DNA of 64,000 nt from an uncultured Umboniibacter sp. (lineage in GTDB: Bacteria > Pseudomonadota > Gammaproteobacteria > Pseudomonadales > DSM-25080), in the NCBI RefSeq assembly GCF_947497555.1, contig NZ_CANMGY010000002.1, positions 239,080 to 303,079 of the forward strand. Direction: 5' to 3'. The translations under genes were made by a program, and so were the position numbers. A model generated the notes under the pieces. It was not told where the DNA came from and searched no databases. It worked only from the letters and a program-made list of their open reading frames with translations. Shown here piece after piece: positions 29,709-38,393 of the stretch. Each line of letters starts with the position of its first letter. Position 1 is the stretch's first letter.

Positions 29709-30515
29709 TTGGGTAAATGGATTGGTGCCGTAATCGGTTTAATAGGTGGTCCTGCGGGTGCGGTCATTGGCTTCTTTATTGGGGCCTTCTTCGATGCTAT
29801 GTTCAAAGATAGTCCGTCGATGGCGAATCGCCAACAGCAGGGTGCGATGCAGCAAGTGTTCTTTCAAACACTCTATCAGTGCTTAGGGCATCTTGCCAAA
29901 GCCGACGGTCAAATCACTGAAGCTGAGATTAAGACCACTGAAGCACTGATGACTCGAATGGGACTCAGTGCGGAAAAACGCCGCGAGGCTATTGCACTAT
30001 TTAAGTCTGGAGCCAGCGATAGCTTTAACTTAGATTCCACGCTAACTGCCTTTCGGATGGGACCGGGTCAAAGTCGGCAGATGCGTCAATTTTTAATCGT
30101 ATCACTCATCAGTTTGGGCATGGCCGACGGCCATATGGACGAGATTGAAAATCGGGTTGTACAGCGAATTGCTCAAGGCATTGGCATGTCTCAGATGCAG
30201 CTTCAGCAGCTTATTATGATGCTCGAGGCTCAGCACAATTTCTTTCGCGGACGTCAACAGGGTGGATCCTACCAACGATCAAGCCAAACCTATACCGCTC
30301 AGCAGGATGTGGATACGGCATACCGTGCATTAGGTGTAGAGTCTTCAGCCTCAGATGCCGAGATTAAAAAGGTTTATCGGAACCTGATGAAGGAATATCA
30401 CCCTGATAAGCTGATGGCTAAGGGGCTTCCTGAGAACATGGTGAAAGTTGCCACAGAGAAAGCTCAGGAGATTCAAGCCGCCTACGACCTCATCAAGAAG
30501 CACCGTAAACGCTAA
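29709..30515 (+). CDS. djlA: co-chaperone DjlA
   Basis: It has an N-terminal TM, a TerB-like middle domain and a C-terminal J domain (AYRALGV....A....IKKVYRNLMKEYHPDK). Confidence 0.85.
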   Translation: MGKWIGAVIGLIGGPAGAVIGFFIGAFFDAMFKDSPSMANRQQQGAMQQVFFQTLYQCLGHLAKADGQITEAEIKTTEALMTRMGLSAEKRREAIALFKSGASDSFNLDSTLTAFRMGPGQSRQMRQFLIVSLISLGMADGHMDEIENRVVQRIAQGIGMSQMQLQQLIMMLEAQHNFFRGRQQGGSYQRSSQTYTAQQDVDTAYRALGVESSASDAEIKKVYRNLMKEYHPDKLMAKGLPENMVKVATEKAQEIQAAYDLIKKHRKR

Positions 30516-30596
30516 AGGCTGTTCAGTGCTCAATAACCCAGGCCGGAACGTAAGCCTCATTGAACGGTTCTGAACTATCGGCTATGTAGCGCAACT

Positions 30597-30631
30597 AAAA
30601 AGGTCGCTAATACTCAGTAATAGCGACCTTT
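30597..30631 (-). terminator. terminator between convergent djlA and the YeeE/YedE pair
   Basis: A 9-bp stem AGGTCGCTA/TAGCGACCT. The minus strand has a U5 tail and the plus strand only U3. Confidence 0.6.
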
Positions 30632-30679
30632 GAATACACGCAATGGCAAGTCTTCGTGTTGCAGTTCGGCCGCTACCAC

Positions 30680-31087
30680 TTACTTTTTGATAACGTGCGC
30701 AACCGATAAGCCTGCAACCATCGCTATCACGAAACTAATCACTTCCGCATTCATCGTCCAGAGTGACGCTACGGCTGGCCCTGGGCAGAGACCGTAGATA
30801 CCCCAACCAATGCCAAATAACACTGCACCAATCACCAGCGGACGATCAACGTGGGTTAACGACGGCCACTGTAAGGTATCGCCAAACCAACTACGCTGAA
30901 CTTTTTTCGAGATAAAGAACAACGGCATGGTTACCGCAAGTGCGCCACCCATAACGAACATCAGCGACGGATCCCACTGTCCGAATAGATCGAGAAAACC
31001 TACGACTTTCGCAGGATTCGTCATGCCTGATAGCGATAGACCGCCCCCAAATAATAAACCCGACAGGGCCACAACAAGTAATCTCAT
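30680..31087 (-). CDS. YeeE/YedE-related small membrane protein (second half-transporter, DUF6691-like)
   Basis: 135 aa with four TM segments. It has G(G/L)SLSGMTNPAKV near the N-terminus. The start lies 1 nt after the stop of the upstream partner. Confidence 0.65.
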   Translation of the reverse strand: MRLLVVALSGLLFGGGLSLSGMTNPAKVVGFLDLFGQWDPSLMFVMGGALAVTMPLFFISKKVQRSWFGDTLQWPSLTHVDRPLVIGAVLFGIGWGIYGLCPGPAVASLWTMNAEVISFVIAMVAGLSVAHVIKK

Positions 31088-31088
31088 A

Positions 31089-31514
31089 TTAAGCTCCTAT
31101 CGCGCGAACAAAAAATACGGTGGCGATACCCGACGCCATAAAAACACACGTAGCAATAATTGACCGCGCTGAAAAACGACCTATTCCACAAATTCCGTGG
31201 CCACTAGTGCAACCACTGCCGATTCCTGTTCCAAAACCGACGAGCAGTCCGGCAGCGATAGGCCAAATCCACCCCGCTTTAATGGGCGTAAAGCTATCAA
31301 CACCCAACAGCTTCGACGCAATCAACGCCCCAATAATAACGGCGACAATGAAAACAACTCGCCATTGTCGCTCCGCTGCTTGCTGCCAAAGAACTCCCGA
31401 GGTGATTGAACTCATCCCCATTATTCGTCCCAAGCCATACCACATCAACATGGCCGCAACGCCGATTATGATTCCGCCCAATAGCGGAGTTAAATAGATC
31501 ATAAATATCCCCAA
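31089..31514 (-). CDS. YeeE/YedE family (sulfur-compound transport-like) membrane protein
   Basis: 141 aa. GSGCTSGHGICG is the conserved Cys-containing loop of YeeE/YedE proteins. Confidence 0.75.
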   Translation of the reverse strand: MGIFMIYLTPLLGGIIIGVAAMLMWYGLGRIMGMSSITSGVLWQQAAERQWRVVFIVAVIIGALIASKLLGVDSFTPIKAGWIWPIAAGLLVGFGTGIGSGCTSGHGICGIGRFSARSIIATCVFMASGIATVFFVRAIGA

Positions 31515-31599
31515 AAAATACTGTTCAAAGCGTCAAAGGTAGTCCACTACCACTATCATAACGTAAGCTTAAGCAAAACAACTGCAGGATTTTATCACG

Positions 31600-32472
31600 A
31601 TGCACTATCTGATTACAGGCGGCACTGGGTTCGTCGGCACAGCACTCATCGCGGCATTGCCAGACAGCAGTGCTATTTCCGTTCTCACGCGAAAGAAATC
31701 GCAGCAGAGTACTAGCCCAAACATCACTTATATCAACAACCTAGAAGAACTAGCGTCCGCGCCAGACGCGGTAATCAATCTCGCTGGCGAGCCTATTTTC
31801 GGCCTATGGAGCGAGCGTAAAAAGCAGAGCATCATCAGTTCTCGAGTAGAGGCTACCGAGGATCTTGTGAGCTATTTGAACCAGTTTGCTCCTCAAGCCA
31901 CGTTAGTGAGTGCCAGTGCAGTTGGCTATTACTCGCATAGCTCTCTTAAGCATCCCACCGACCTCGACAGCCCAGCAGCATCGAACTTTGCCGGAACATT
32001 GTGTTGCCGCTGGGAACAAGCCGCTAGAAAATTTAACGGGACGGCTCATATCGCTCGACTTGGCGTCATTCTAGGAGATGGGGGGTATTTGAAGCAGCTG
32101 ATATTACCCACGAAGATGGGTCTAGCAATGCATTTAGGCAGCGGCGATCAGGGAGTTCCCTGGGTGCACATCGAAGACGTTGTCAGAGGAATTATCACGC
32201 TTTCTCAAAAGTCTACGGAATCAACTGAGTTGGTTCTAGTCGCGCCTGCTCAGAACAGCCACGCTGATATTAACAATGCGCTCGCTGCGCGACTAAATCG
32301 AAAAGTGCGCCTTAAAGTACCCCACTTCTTAGTTAGGTTCATGGGAGGAAGTATGGCAAACGAACTCATTTTGAATGGACACTATTTTCAACCCGCCCAA
32401 CTAACTAATCAATTATCGAACTTTGAACAGGTAAACCTAGCAGCCGCGATCGCAACTATTATTGAGGACTAG
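31600..32472 (+). CDS. TIGR01777/YfcH-type NAD-dependent epimerase-like protein
   Basis: It has the N-terminal ITGGTGFVGTAL Rossmann motif, a ~290 aa length and a C-terminal DUF1731-like tail. Confidence 0.75.
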   Translation: MHYLITGGTGFVGTALIAALPDSSAISVLTRKKSQQSTSPNITYINNLEELASAPDAVINLAGEPIFGLWSERKKQSIISSRVEATEDLVSYLNQFAPQATLVSASAVGYYSHSSLKHPTDLDSPAASNFAGTLCCRWEQAARKFNGTAHIARLGVILGDGGYLKQLILPTKMGLAMHLGSGDQGVPWVHIEDVVRGIITLSQKSTESTELVLVAPAQNSHADINNALAARLNRKVRLKVPHFLVRFMGGSMANELILNGHYFQPAQLTNQLSNFEQVNLAAAIATIIED

Positions 32473-32598
32473 CAATCTAAAAATGTTGTACTAGCGTTAA
32501 ACTTGTCTTAGGTTAACAAAATGGCACTGGGAAGACGGCTTCAATGAGACGAAATTTTGTAAATACCGACGTAGCAATATAACAAGTTGAGAGAAATC

Positions 32599-33594
32599 AT
32601 GATTAAATCCAAAATATCAGTATTTGTACTTTCTACACTATTGTTTCATCCAACGTACTTACTCGCACAACAGAATATTGATCGAGAGCACGGTTTTTCT
32701 GGCGATGCATTTTTCGGCGTTGGCGTTGTCGATAGCAATGGCTTCCTAAGTACTGTAAACGAAGATCCTATTGAAGATCTTCAGGGCGACAGCCCCAGCG
32801 GCTCAGAGACCATCCCTTTTGTCATCGGTCGGATAACTTACACGTTTGAAGATACTGATCAGGAAGCATTTTTAGGTATTAGCCGTCAAAAAGCGGTACG
32901 AGGAAGCTTCGCGCCTGAAATAGGGTACCGCTACCATACCGGAAAGCACAAGTTCCTGGAGATTGCCGTGCTGCCTGGCGTTCAGCCATCAAAAGTCTGG
33001 GAGGATCCCTACCTCACCGGTGAAAGACGCCGTGAGACAGACGCTAATTTAACCGCCGTCAGAGCTCGTGCTCAACATATCCTGGGACCAATTTCTCTTG
33101 AAGCCGCCTACGGAACCTCTGAAATTGACCAAGAGAGGAGCGGCTTCTTTGAGGACCTGCTGCCAGACGAGCGCGCCTCGCTCGACAGAAATTCTACCAT
33201 TAGATACGTTGGAGTAGACTTAACGATTCCGCTCGGAGAAGGCTTTATTCTTATCCCTTCCCTATTCAACTTCCGAACTGATGCTGACGGCGATGCAATG
33301 AGCTTTGATACCTACGGCGGAGAATTGGGGGTTGTTTACCGGTCAGGACGTCATACCCTCGTTGGGAACTTTGGTTATGAGCAGCTTGATTATGATACGG
33401 AGAATCCTCTTTTTGCTAGCCCGAGAGAAGATAACATTAGCAACATCTTCGCAATCTATTCGTTTGCGGAACCATTTGGCTTCGAAGATACTAGCCTGAC
33501 TTTTATCCTATCGAATAACTCCCGCGTTAGTGATATCAGCTTTTACGAAGAGGAGAGTCTCGTCGTCGGCGGCGGCATTCGCTTCATTTTCTAA
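32599..33594 (+). CDS. putative outer-membrane beta-barrel protein, family not recognised
   Basis: Start trimmed to ATG 32599. It has a signal peptide ending LLAQQ, alternating-residue strands and a C-terminal ...GGGIRFIF with a terminal Phe. Confidence 0.45.
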   Translation: MIKSKISVFVLSTLLFHPTYLLAQQNIDREHGFSGDAFFGVGVVDSNGFLSTVNEDPIEDLQGDSPSGSETIPFVIGRITYTFEDTDQEAFLGISRQKAVRGSFAPEIGYRYHTGKHKFLEIAVLPGVQPSKVWEDPYLTGERRRETDANLTAVRARAQHILGPISLEAAYGTSEIDQERSGFFEDLLPDERASLDRNSTIRYVGVDLTIPLGEGFILIPSLFNFRTDADGDAMSFDTYGGELGVVYRSGRHTLVGNFGYEQLDYDTENPLFASPREDNISNIFAIYSFAEPFGFEDTSLTFILSNNSRVSDISFYEEESLVVGGGIRFIF

Positions 33595-33702
33595 TTCCAA
33601 GCGAAATCAAAGCTCTACGGGACTCAAATCACCTACCCGTGGAGCCCAGAGTTTCGTATAATGGTGTCAATTGATACCTTAAATTTTTTGGAATATAGAA
33701 TT

Positions 33703-35094
33703 ATGACCAGTGTAAAAACGCTCTTGGGCGGGTCCGTAGCCGTTGGTTCAACAGTAGAAGTGAAAGGTTGGGTCCGTACTAGACGTGACTCAAAGGCAGG
33801 AATTTCTTTTGTAGCCGTTCACGATGGTAGTTGCTTTGATCCAATCCAAGCCGTGGTGCCCAATACACTAAGTAACTACGAAACAGACGTACTGCGAGCT
33901 ACGACGGGAGCTTCTGTCGTGATTCGCGGGGAACTCGTTGAGTCACAGGGTCAAGGTCAAAGCGTTGAGATTCAAGCCACTGAGGTAGAGCTCATTGGCG
34001 AAGTCATCGATTCAGAAACCTACCCGATCGCTAAGAAACGACACAGTTTTGAATACTTGCGCTCTGTCGCTCACCTTCGTCCACGCACCAACTCAATCGG
34101 AGCGGTGACCCGTGTTCGCACCGTGTTACAAAACTCCATCCATAACTTCTTTGTCAACGACGGCTTTCAGTGGATTAACACGCCCATCATCACCGCCAGC
34201 GACTGTGAAGGTGCCGGAGAGCTATTCCGTGTGAGTACCCTGGACATGGCCAACCTTCCCCGCACTGGCAAGGGCGGAGTGGACTTTGCAGAGGACTTCT
34301 TCGGTAAAGAATCATTCCTAACCGTTTCGGGTCAGCTCAACGCCGAAGCCTATGCCCTAGCGATGAGTAAAGTGTACACCTTTGGCCCTACCTTCCGGGC
34401 CGAAAACTCTCACACTACCCGTCACCTTGCAGAATTCTGGATGGTCGAGCCCGAGATTGCCTTTGCCGATCTCAATGACGATGCCAACCTCGCTGAAGGC
34501 ATGCTGCGCTATGCCGTGAAGGAGGTTCTGAACAAGTGTGAAGATGACCTTGGTTTCTTCAACAAAATGATCGACAAAACATTGATCGAGCGTTTAACCA
34601 ATGTGTCTGAAACACCCTTTGCTCGAATTCCCTACACCGATGCTATCGACATCCTGCTGAAGTCCGGTAAAAAGTTTGAATATCCCGTGCAATGGGGTAT
34701 CGATCTTCAGTCCGAACACGAACGTTGGTTGTGTGAGGAGTATGTAAAGGGTCCGGTAGTCATCACCGACTACCCGAAGGATATCAAGGCTTTCTACATG
34801 CGTCTTAATGACGACGGCAAAACCGTTGCGGCGATGGACGTATTAGCACCCGGTATCGGCGAAATTATTGGCGGCGCACAGCGCGAGGAACGCCTTGATG
34901 TATTGGATGCCCGTATGGCAGAAAGCGGACTCACTGGCCAACTTGAGTGGTATCGCGATCTCCGTAAGTACGGTACGGTACCTCACGCAGGCTTTGGCTT
35001 AGGTTTCGACCGTTTTCTTAACTATGTAACGGGCATGGAAAATATACGCGATGTAATCCCATTCCCGCGTGTACCGAATCAAGCGGATTTCTAG
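33703..35094 (+). CDS. asnS: asparagine--tRNA ligase
   Basis: Start trimmed to ATG 33703. [35 protein letters not shown] is nearly identical in pattern to E. coli AsnS. Class II motifs are present. Confidence 0.95.
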   Translation: MTSVKTLLGGSVAVGSTVEVKGWVRTRRDSKAGISFVAVHDGSCFDPIQAVVPNTLSNYETDVLRATTGASVVIRGELVESQGQGQSVEIQATEVELIGEVIDSETYPIAKKRHSFEYLRSVAHLRPRTNSIGAVTRVRTVLQNSIHNFFVNDGFQWINTPIITASDCEGAGELFRVSTLDMANLPRTGKGGVDFAEDFFGKESFLTVSGQLNAEAYALAMSKVYTFGPTFRAENSHTTRHLAEFWMVEPEIAFADLNDDANLAEGMLRYAVKEVLNKCEDDLGFFNKMIDKTLIERLTNVSETPFARIPYTDAIDILLKSGKKFEYPVQWGIDLQSEHERWLCEEYVKGPVVITDYPKDIKAFYMRLNDDGKTVAAMDVLAPGIGEIIGGAQREERLDVLDARMAESGLTGQLEWYRDLRKYGTVPHAGFGLGFDRFLNYVTGMENIRDVIPFPRVPNQADF

Positions 35095-35114
35095 TTCGCT
35101 GCGACAACCAAAAA

Positions 35115-35141
35115 GGCTACCTTATCGGTAGCCTTTTTTTT
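35115..35141. terminator. bidirectional terminator between asnS and the alpha-amylase gene
   Basis: Stem GGCTACC/GGTAGCC is flanked by AAAA upstream and T8 downstream. Confidence 0.8.
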
Positions 35142-35191
35142 CGCTGATCTCACATCGCTTGAAAATGGGGTTAGCTCAGCGGGTTAACCAA

Positions 35192-36562
35192 CTATGGCGC
35201 ATCACAAATCGCATCTTCGCGCAATAACACCATGCTATGCGGCGGCAGCGAGATATCAACATCGCCCCACCAGCCCAGAGTGATTATACTGCCGTGTCCA
35301 GCGAGTAGATCGCAGTATTCAGATTCACTAAGATTCGGATCCCAGTTAACCTCCTTTAGCTCACTCGACACATTCATTAATACTCGGCCAGGCCCATAGC
35401 TGAAAGCGACTACTTGATCATCAAGATACTCGATATCCGCCACCTGAACTAATCCCGCTTCACGGCGAAGCTGAACGAATTGACTGACGATAGGATCTCG
35501 ATGCCAGCAGGTCCAATCTTGGTCACAGGACATTGCTTGCTGACTAGGCAATTGATCTCGATCTCCAAACGTGTAGCCTGATAGAACTTTCGGGTAGCCA
35601 TAATTCATAGTGAGTAATAGCGCTTCACCCAAGTGCTTCTGAGCAATTGATAATTCCTGAGTGTGACGCTCAGTGTCGTGATTATCCACGAAGGTCACTG
35701 CCATATCAGCCACTAACTCGGTCTCGCCATGCCAATAGCGCTCAAGTTTCGACAAATCGCCATTCATTGCGGAGTAAATCGCTCCCCGGGCTGCAAAGTC
35801 AGTGACCGGTGCAATTGAAGCGTAGGTAGTGGGTTGTAACGCCGTTTCAGCGGCTGGGTCACCAATGACCTCCAGAAAGACCTGAGGCCCTCCTGCCAGC
35901 TCTAGAATAGCGGCTACATCCGCAGTAGACATATGCTTCGCGGCATCTATCCGCATTCCATCAAAGCCAAGTTCAGTGAGCTTTCGTAAGTAGCCCGCCA
36001 GCAGTTCACGTACGTATGGGTTAGCGGTGTCGAGGTCTGGCAATGCACCAAGGCGGCAGTTTTGAACTTCCGTCGCAATGCTATAATCCTCAATGGTACA
36101 GATAGGCTGATGGTAGTGACTCTCGTCTAGCCCTGGGTGTTGCATGATTTGCCACTGTGTTCCGGCTGTCCCCTGCCCTTGCTCACCGTAATCCGCGGTA
36201 TGGTTGATTACCGCGTCCGCATAGACCTTTATTCCCGCTTCGTGACAGGTTTCAATCATGGACCTGAGCTCGTCCTCACTCCCGCTGAATGAATCAAACT
36301 TTGAGAAATCTACCGGTTGGTATCGTGCCCACCAACTTGGATAGTCAATGTGTTCAATCGCAGGCGATACTTGGATAGCGTCATACCCCAACTCAGGAAG
36401 GTGATCACGACATTCCGTCGCGATATCATTCCAGCGCCACTCAAAGAGATGAACGAAGGTGTTGGGGTTATAGTTGGTTGGTAGCTCGTCGACCTCTGAA
36501 TTCGAAACGCCCGGCGCCATGCCGGCAGCGATCAAACTCATGAACAGTAGCGATGACTTCAT
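35192..36562 (-). CDS. secreted alpha-amylase (GH13)
   Basis: Start taken as ATG 36562, which has an AAGGA 8 nt upstream (the ORF track begins at TTG 36568). After the signal peptide comes FVHLFEWRWNDIATEC, as in chloride-dependent amylases such as the Pseudoalteromonas enzyme. GFDGMRIDAAKHM and FVDNHD are also present. Confidence 0.9.
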   Translation of the reverse strand: MKSSLLFMSLIAAGMAPGVSNSEVDELPTNYNPNTFVHLFEWRWNDIATECRDHLPELGYDAIQVSPAIEHIDYPSWWARYQPVDFSKFDSFSGSEDELRSMIETCHEAGIKVYADAVINHTADYGEQGQGTAGTQWQIMQHPGLDESHYHQPICTIEDYSIATEVQNCRLGALPDLDTANPYVRELLAGYLRKLTELGFDGMRIDAAKHMSTADVAAILELAGGPQVFLEVIGDPAAETALQPTTYASIAPVTDFAARGAIYSAMNGDLSKLERYWHGETELVADMAVTFVDNHDTERHTQELSIAQKHLGEALLLTMNYGYPKVLSGYTFGDRDQLPSQQAMSCDQDWTCWHRDPIVSQFVQLRREAGLVQVADIEYLDDQVVAFSYGPGRVLMNVSSELKEVNWDPNLSESEYCDLLAGHGSIITLGWWGDVDISLPPHSMVLLREDAICDAP

Positions 36563-36577
36563 GAACAAATCCTTGAT

Positions 36578-36611
36578 AAAAAAAGGGATGGCAACTTAGC
36601 GAAACCATCCC
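36578..36611 (-). terminator. rho-independent terminator after the alpha-glucosidase gene, abutting the amylase ribosome-binding site
   Basis: On the minus strand, stem GGGATGG/CCATCCC is followed by U7. The U-run ends 15 nt before the amylase ATG. Confidence 0.7.
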
Positions 36612-36630
36612 AAAAGCGCTAATGGGAACG

Positions 36631-38262
36631 TTACGCTAATTTTAGAACAACTGCACCACTCGGGGGGAGTACTACGGCGCTTGGAGATATCTCATGTGCA
36701 TAGTTCGGGGGAGTCAAATCCTCTGCCCCAGCCGTAAACAGCGGGTAATTTAACTGAGATGCTCCCAAATTAAGAATAACGATATAGCGATGACCATCTT
36801 CATCGCGGTAGAAAGCAAGTAAATCACCGGTATCTTCAATTAACTCCATATCGGCCAGTTTCAACCATTGCTGCTGATTCTTCCAGTCTACGACCGAGCG
36901 GAATCGATGCAACAGGCTCGAACTGTCGATTTCCATTAAATCAACTGAACGTGAGACGTGTTCCGACACAACCGGCAACCAGGGTTTTGCCGTTGAAAAG
37001 CCCGCATGAGGGAGCGACGAGTCCCACGGCATTGGTGTACGACACCCATCACGACCTTTGAACTCAGGCCAGAGGTTAATACCATAGGGATCCTGCAAGT
37101 CCTCAAAGGCGATCTCGGCTTCGCTCAAGCCCAGCTCTTCACCCTGATAGATACAGCTATTCCCACGAAGAGTAAACTGCATCAGCCAGAATAATGCCGC
37201 TCGATCCTCTTTGGCTGCCTGGCTAAGTGCTTCCGAGTTCCAGCGAGTGATCACTCTGGGAACATCATGATTCCCAATGCTCCAACAGGCCCAACCTTTA
37301 GTAATTAGATCATTAGACTCTCTGATGATTCGACGGAAGAACGCGGCGTCACACTCTTCTGCAAGCAACTCAAATGAGTAGGCACAGTGCAAACGATTAT
37401 CGGTGGTGTACTGAGTCATGACATCAATCATGTTGTCATCACCAATCTCACCGACTGCCATAGTACCTGGATACTCATCCAATACCGCACGAACACGCTG
37501 AAGGAAGGCCGCAGTCTCCGGTTGGGTCTTGTCATTAACATGCCATTGATAGTCATACTGGTTAGGCGGAATTTGCTCACCGTATTCTGCCAGCGTGGCA
37601 TGTTTGGGCGGATTATCCTCCAAACTTTGGTTATGACAGCAAAAATTAATCGCGTCTAAACGGAAGCCGTCCACACCGCGATCTAACCAAAAGCGTAAAT
37701 CGGCGAGCAGCTGCTCCTGAACTTCGGGGTTATGAACGTTCAGGTCCGGCTGTTCGGTCAGGAAATTATGGAGGTAATACTGATTTCGGCGTGTATCCCA
37801 TTTCCAGGAAGAGCCTCCGAATACCGACACCCAGTTGTTAGGTGGATTACCATCCGGTTTGGTATCGGCCCAAACATACCAATCTGCCTTCGGGTTATCA
37901 CGATTCTGACGGCTCTCTTCAAACCAAGCATGTTGATCCGATGTATGGCTGTAAATTTGATCGATAACGACCTTCAGTCCTTTCGCATGAGCTTCGGCAA
38001 TCAGTTCATCAAAGTCTGCTAGCGAACCAAACATGGGGTCAACGTCTCGGTAGTCAGCAACATCGTAGCCAAAATCAACCATAGGAGACTTATAAAAGGG
38101 CGATAGCCAAACCGCATCAACGCCCAACGAGTCGATATAATCGAGTTTTGCAGTGACACCTTTGAGATCACCTATACCGTCTCCGTTGGTGTCATTAAAG
38201 CTGCGAGGATAGACCTGATAGATGATGCCATTACGCCACCATTCGGGTGATTGCAGAGCCAT
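36631..38262 (-). CDS. cytoplasmic alpha-glucosidase / oligo-1,6-glucosidase-like (GH13)
   Basis: Start trimmed to ATG 38262 (MALQSPEWWRNGIIYQVYPRSFNDTNGDGIGDLKG). The GH13 regions VVIDQIYSHTS, GFRLDAINF, GEIGD and IGNHD are present. The 30-codon extension in the ORF track is a read-through of the C/G-run motif. Confidence 0.9.
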   Translation of the reverse strand: MALQSPEWWRNGIIYQVYPRSFNDTNGDGIGDLKGVTAKLDYIDSLGVDAVWLSPFYKSPMVDFGYDVADYRDVDPMFGSLADFDELIAEAHAKGLKVVIDQIYSHTSDQHAWFEESRQNRDNPKADWYVWADTKPDGNPPNNWVSVFGGSSWKWDTRRNQYYLHNFLTEQPDLNVHNPEVQEQLLADLRFWLDRGVDGFRLDAINFCCHNQSLEDNPPKHATLAEYGEQIPPNQYDYQWHVNDKTQPETAAFLQRVRAVLDEYPGTMAVGEIGDDNMIDVMTQYTTDNRLHCAYSFELLAEECDAAFFRRIIRESNDLITKGWACWSIGNHDVPRVITRWNSEALSQAAKEDRAALFWLMQFTLRGNSCIYQGEELGLSEAEIAFEDLQDPYGINLWPEFKGRDGCRTPMPWDSSLPHAGFSTAKPWLPVVSEHVSRSVDLMEIDSSSLLHRFRSVVDWKNQQQWLKLADMELIEDTGDLLAFYRDEDGHRYIVILNLGASQLNYPLFTAGAEDLTPPNYAHEISPSAVVLPPSGAVVLKLA

Positions 38263-38323
38263 ACTTGAACCTTTATTAGTTTTCTTCTGAGTGTCACCAT
38301 AGTAACAACCCAAGTTTCTATGA

Positions 38324-38344
38324 CCTCCCCCGCAAGGGGGGGGG
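38324..38344 (-). promoter_or_regulatory. C8-GCAA-G9 inverted repeat with a GGGGGAGG arm (copy 2 of 3)
   Basis: The plus strand reads cctcccccgcaaggggggggg. It lies 62-82 nt upstream of the alpha-glucosidase ATG. Confidence 0.5.
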
Positions 38345-38393
38345 ATAGCCACAGAGAGTATGGTTTAACTAATCAGGTCTTTCGAACAGATAA

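Noticed and set aside
38263-38352. N-terminal extensions in the ORF track. Examples are the alpha-glucosidase (MAIPPPCGGG...), kbl (70 codons, 50178-50387), the TonB receptor (58505-58648), asnS, bioA, VOC, GNAT, DUF2058 and GH31.
   Set aside because: Homologue N-termini, Shine-Dalgarno positions and signal-peptide placement all favour the internal starts given in the feature table. The extensions read through regulatory DNA.
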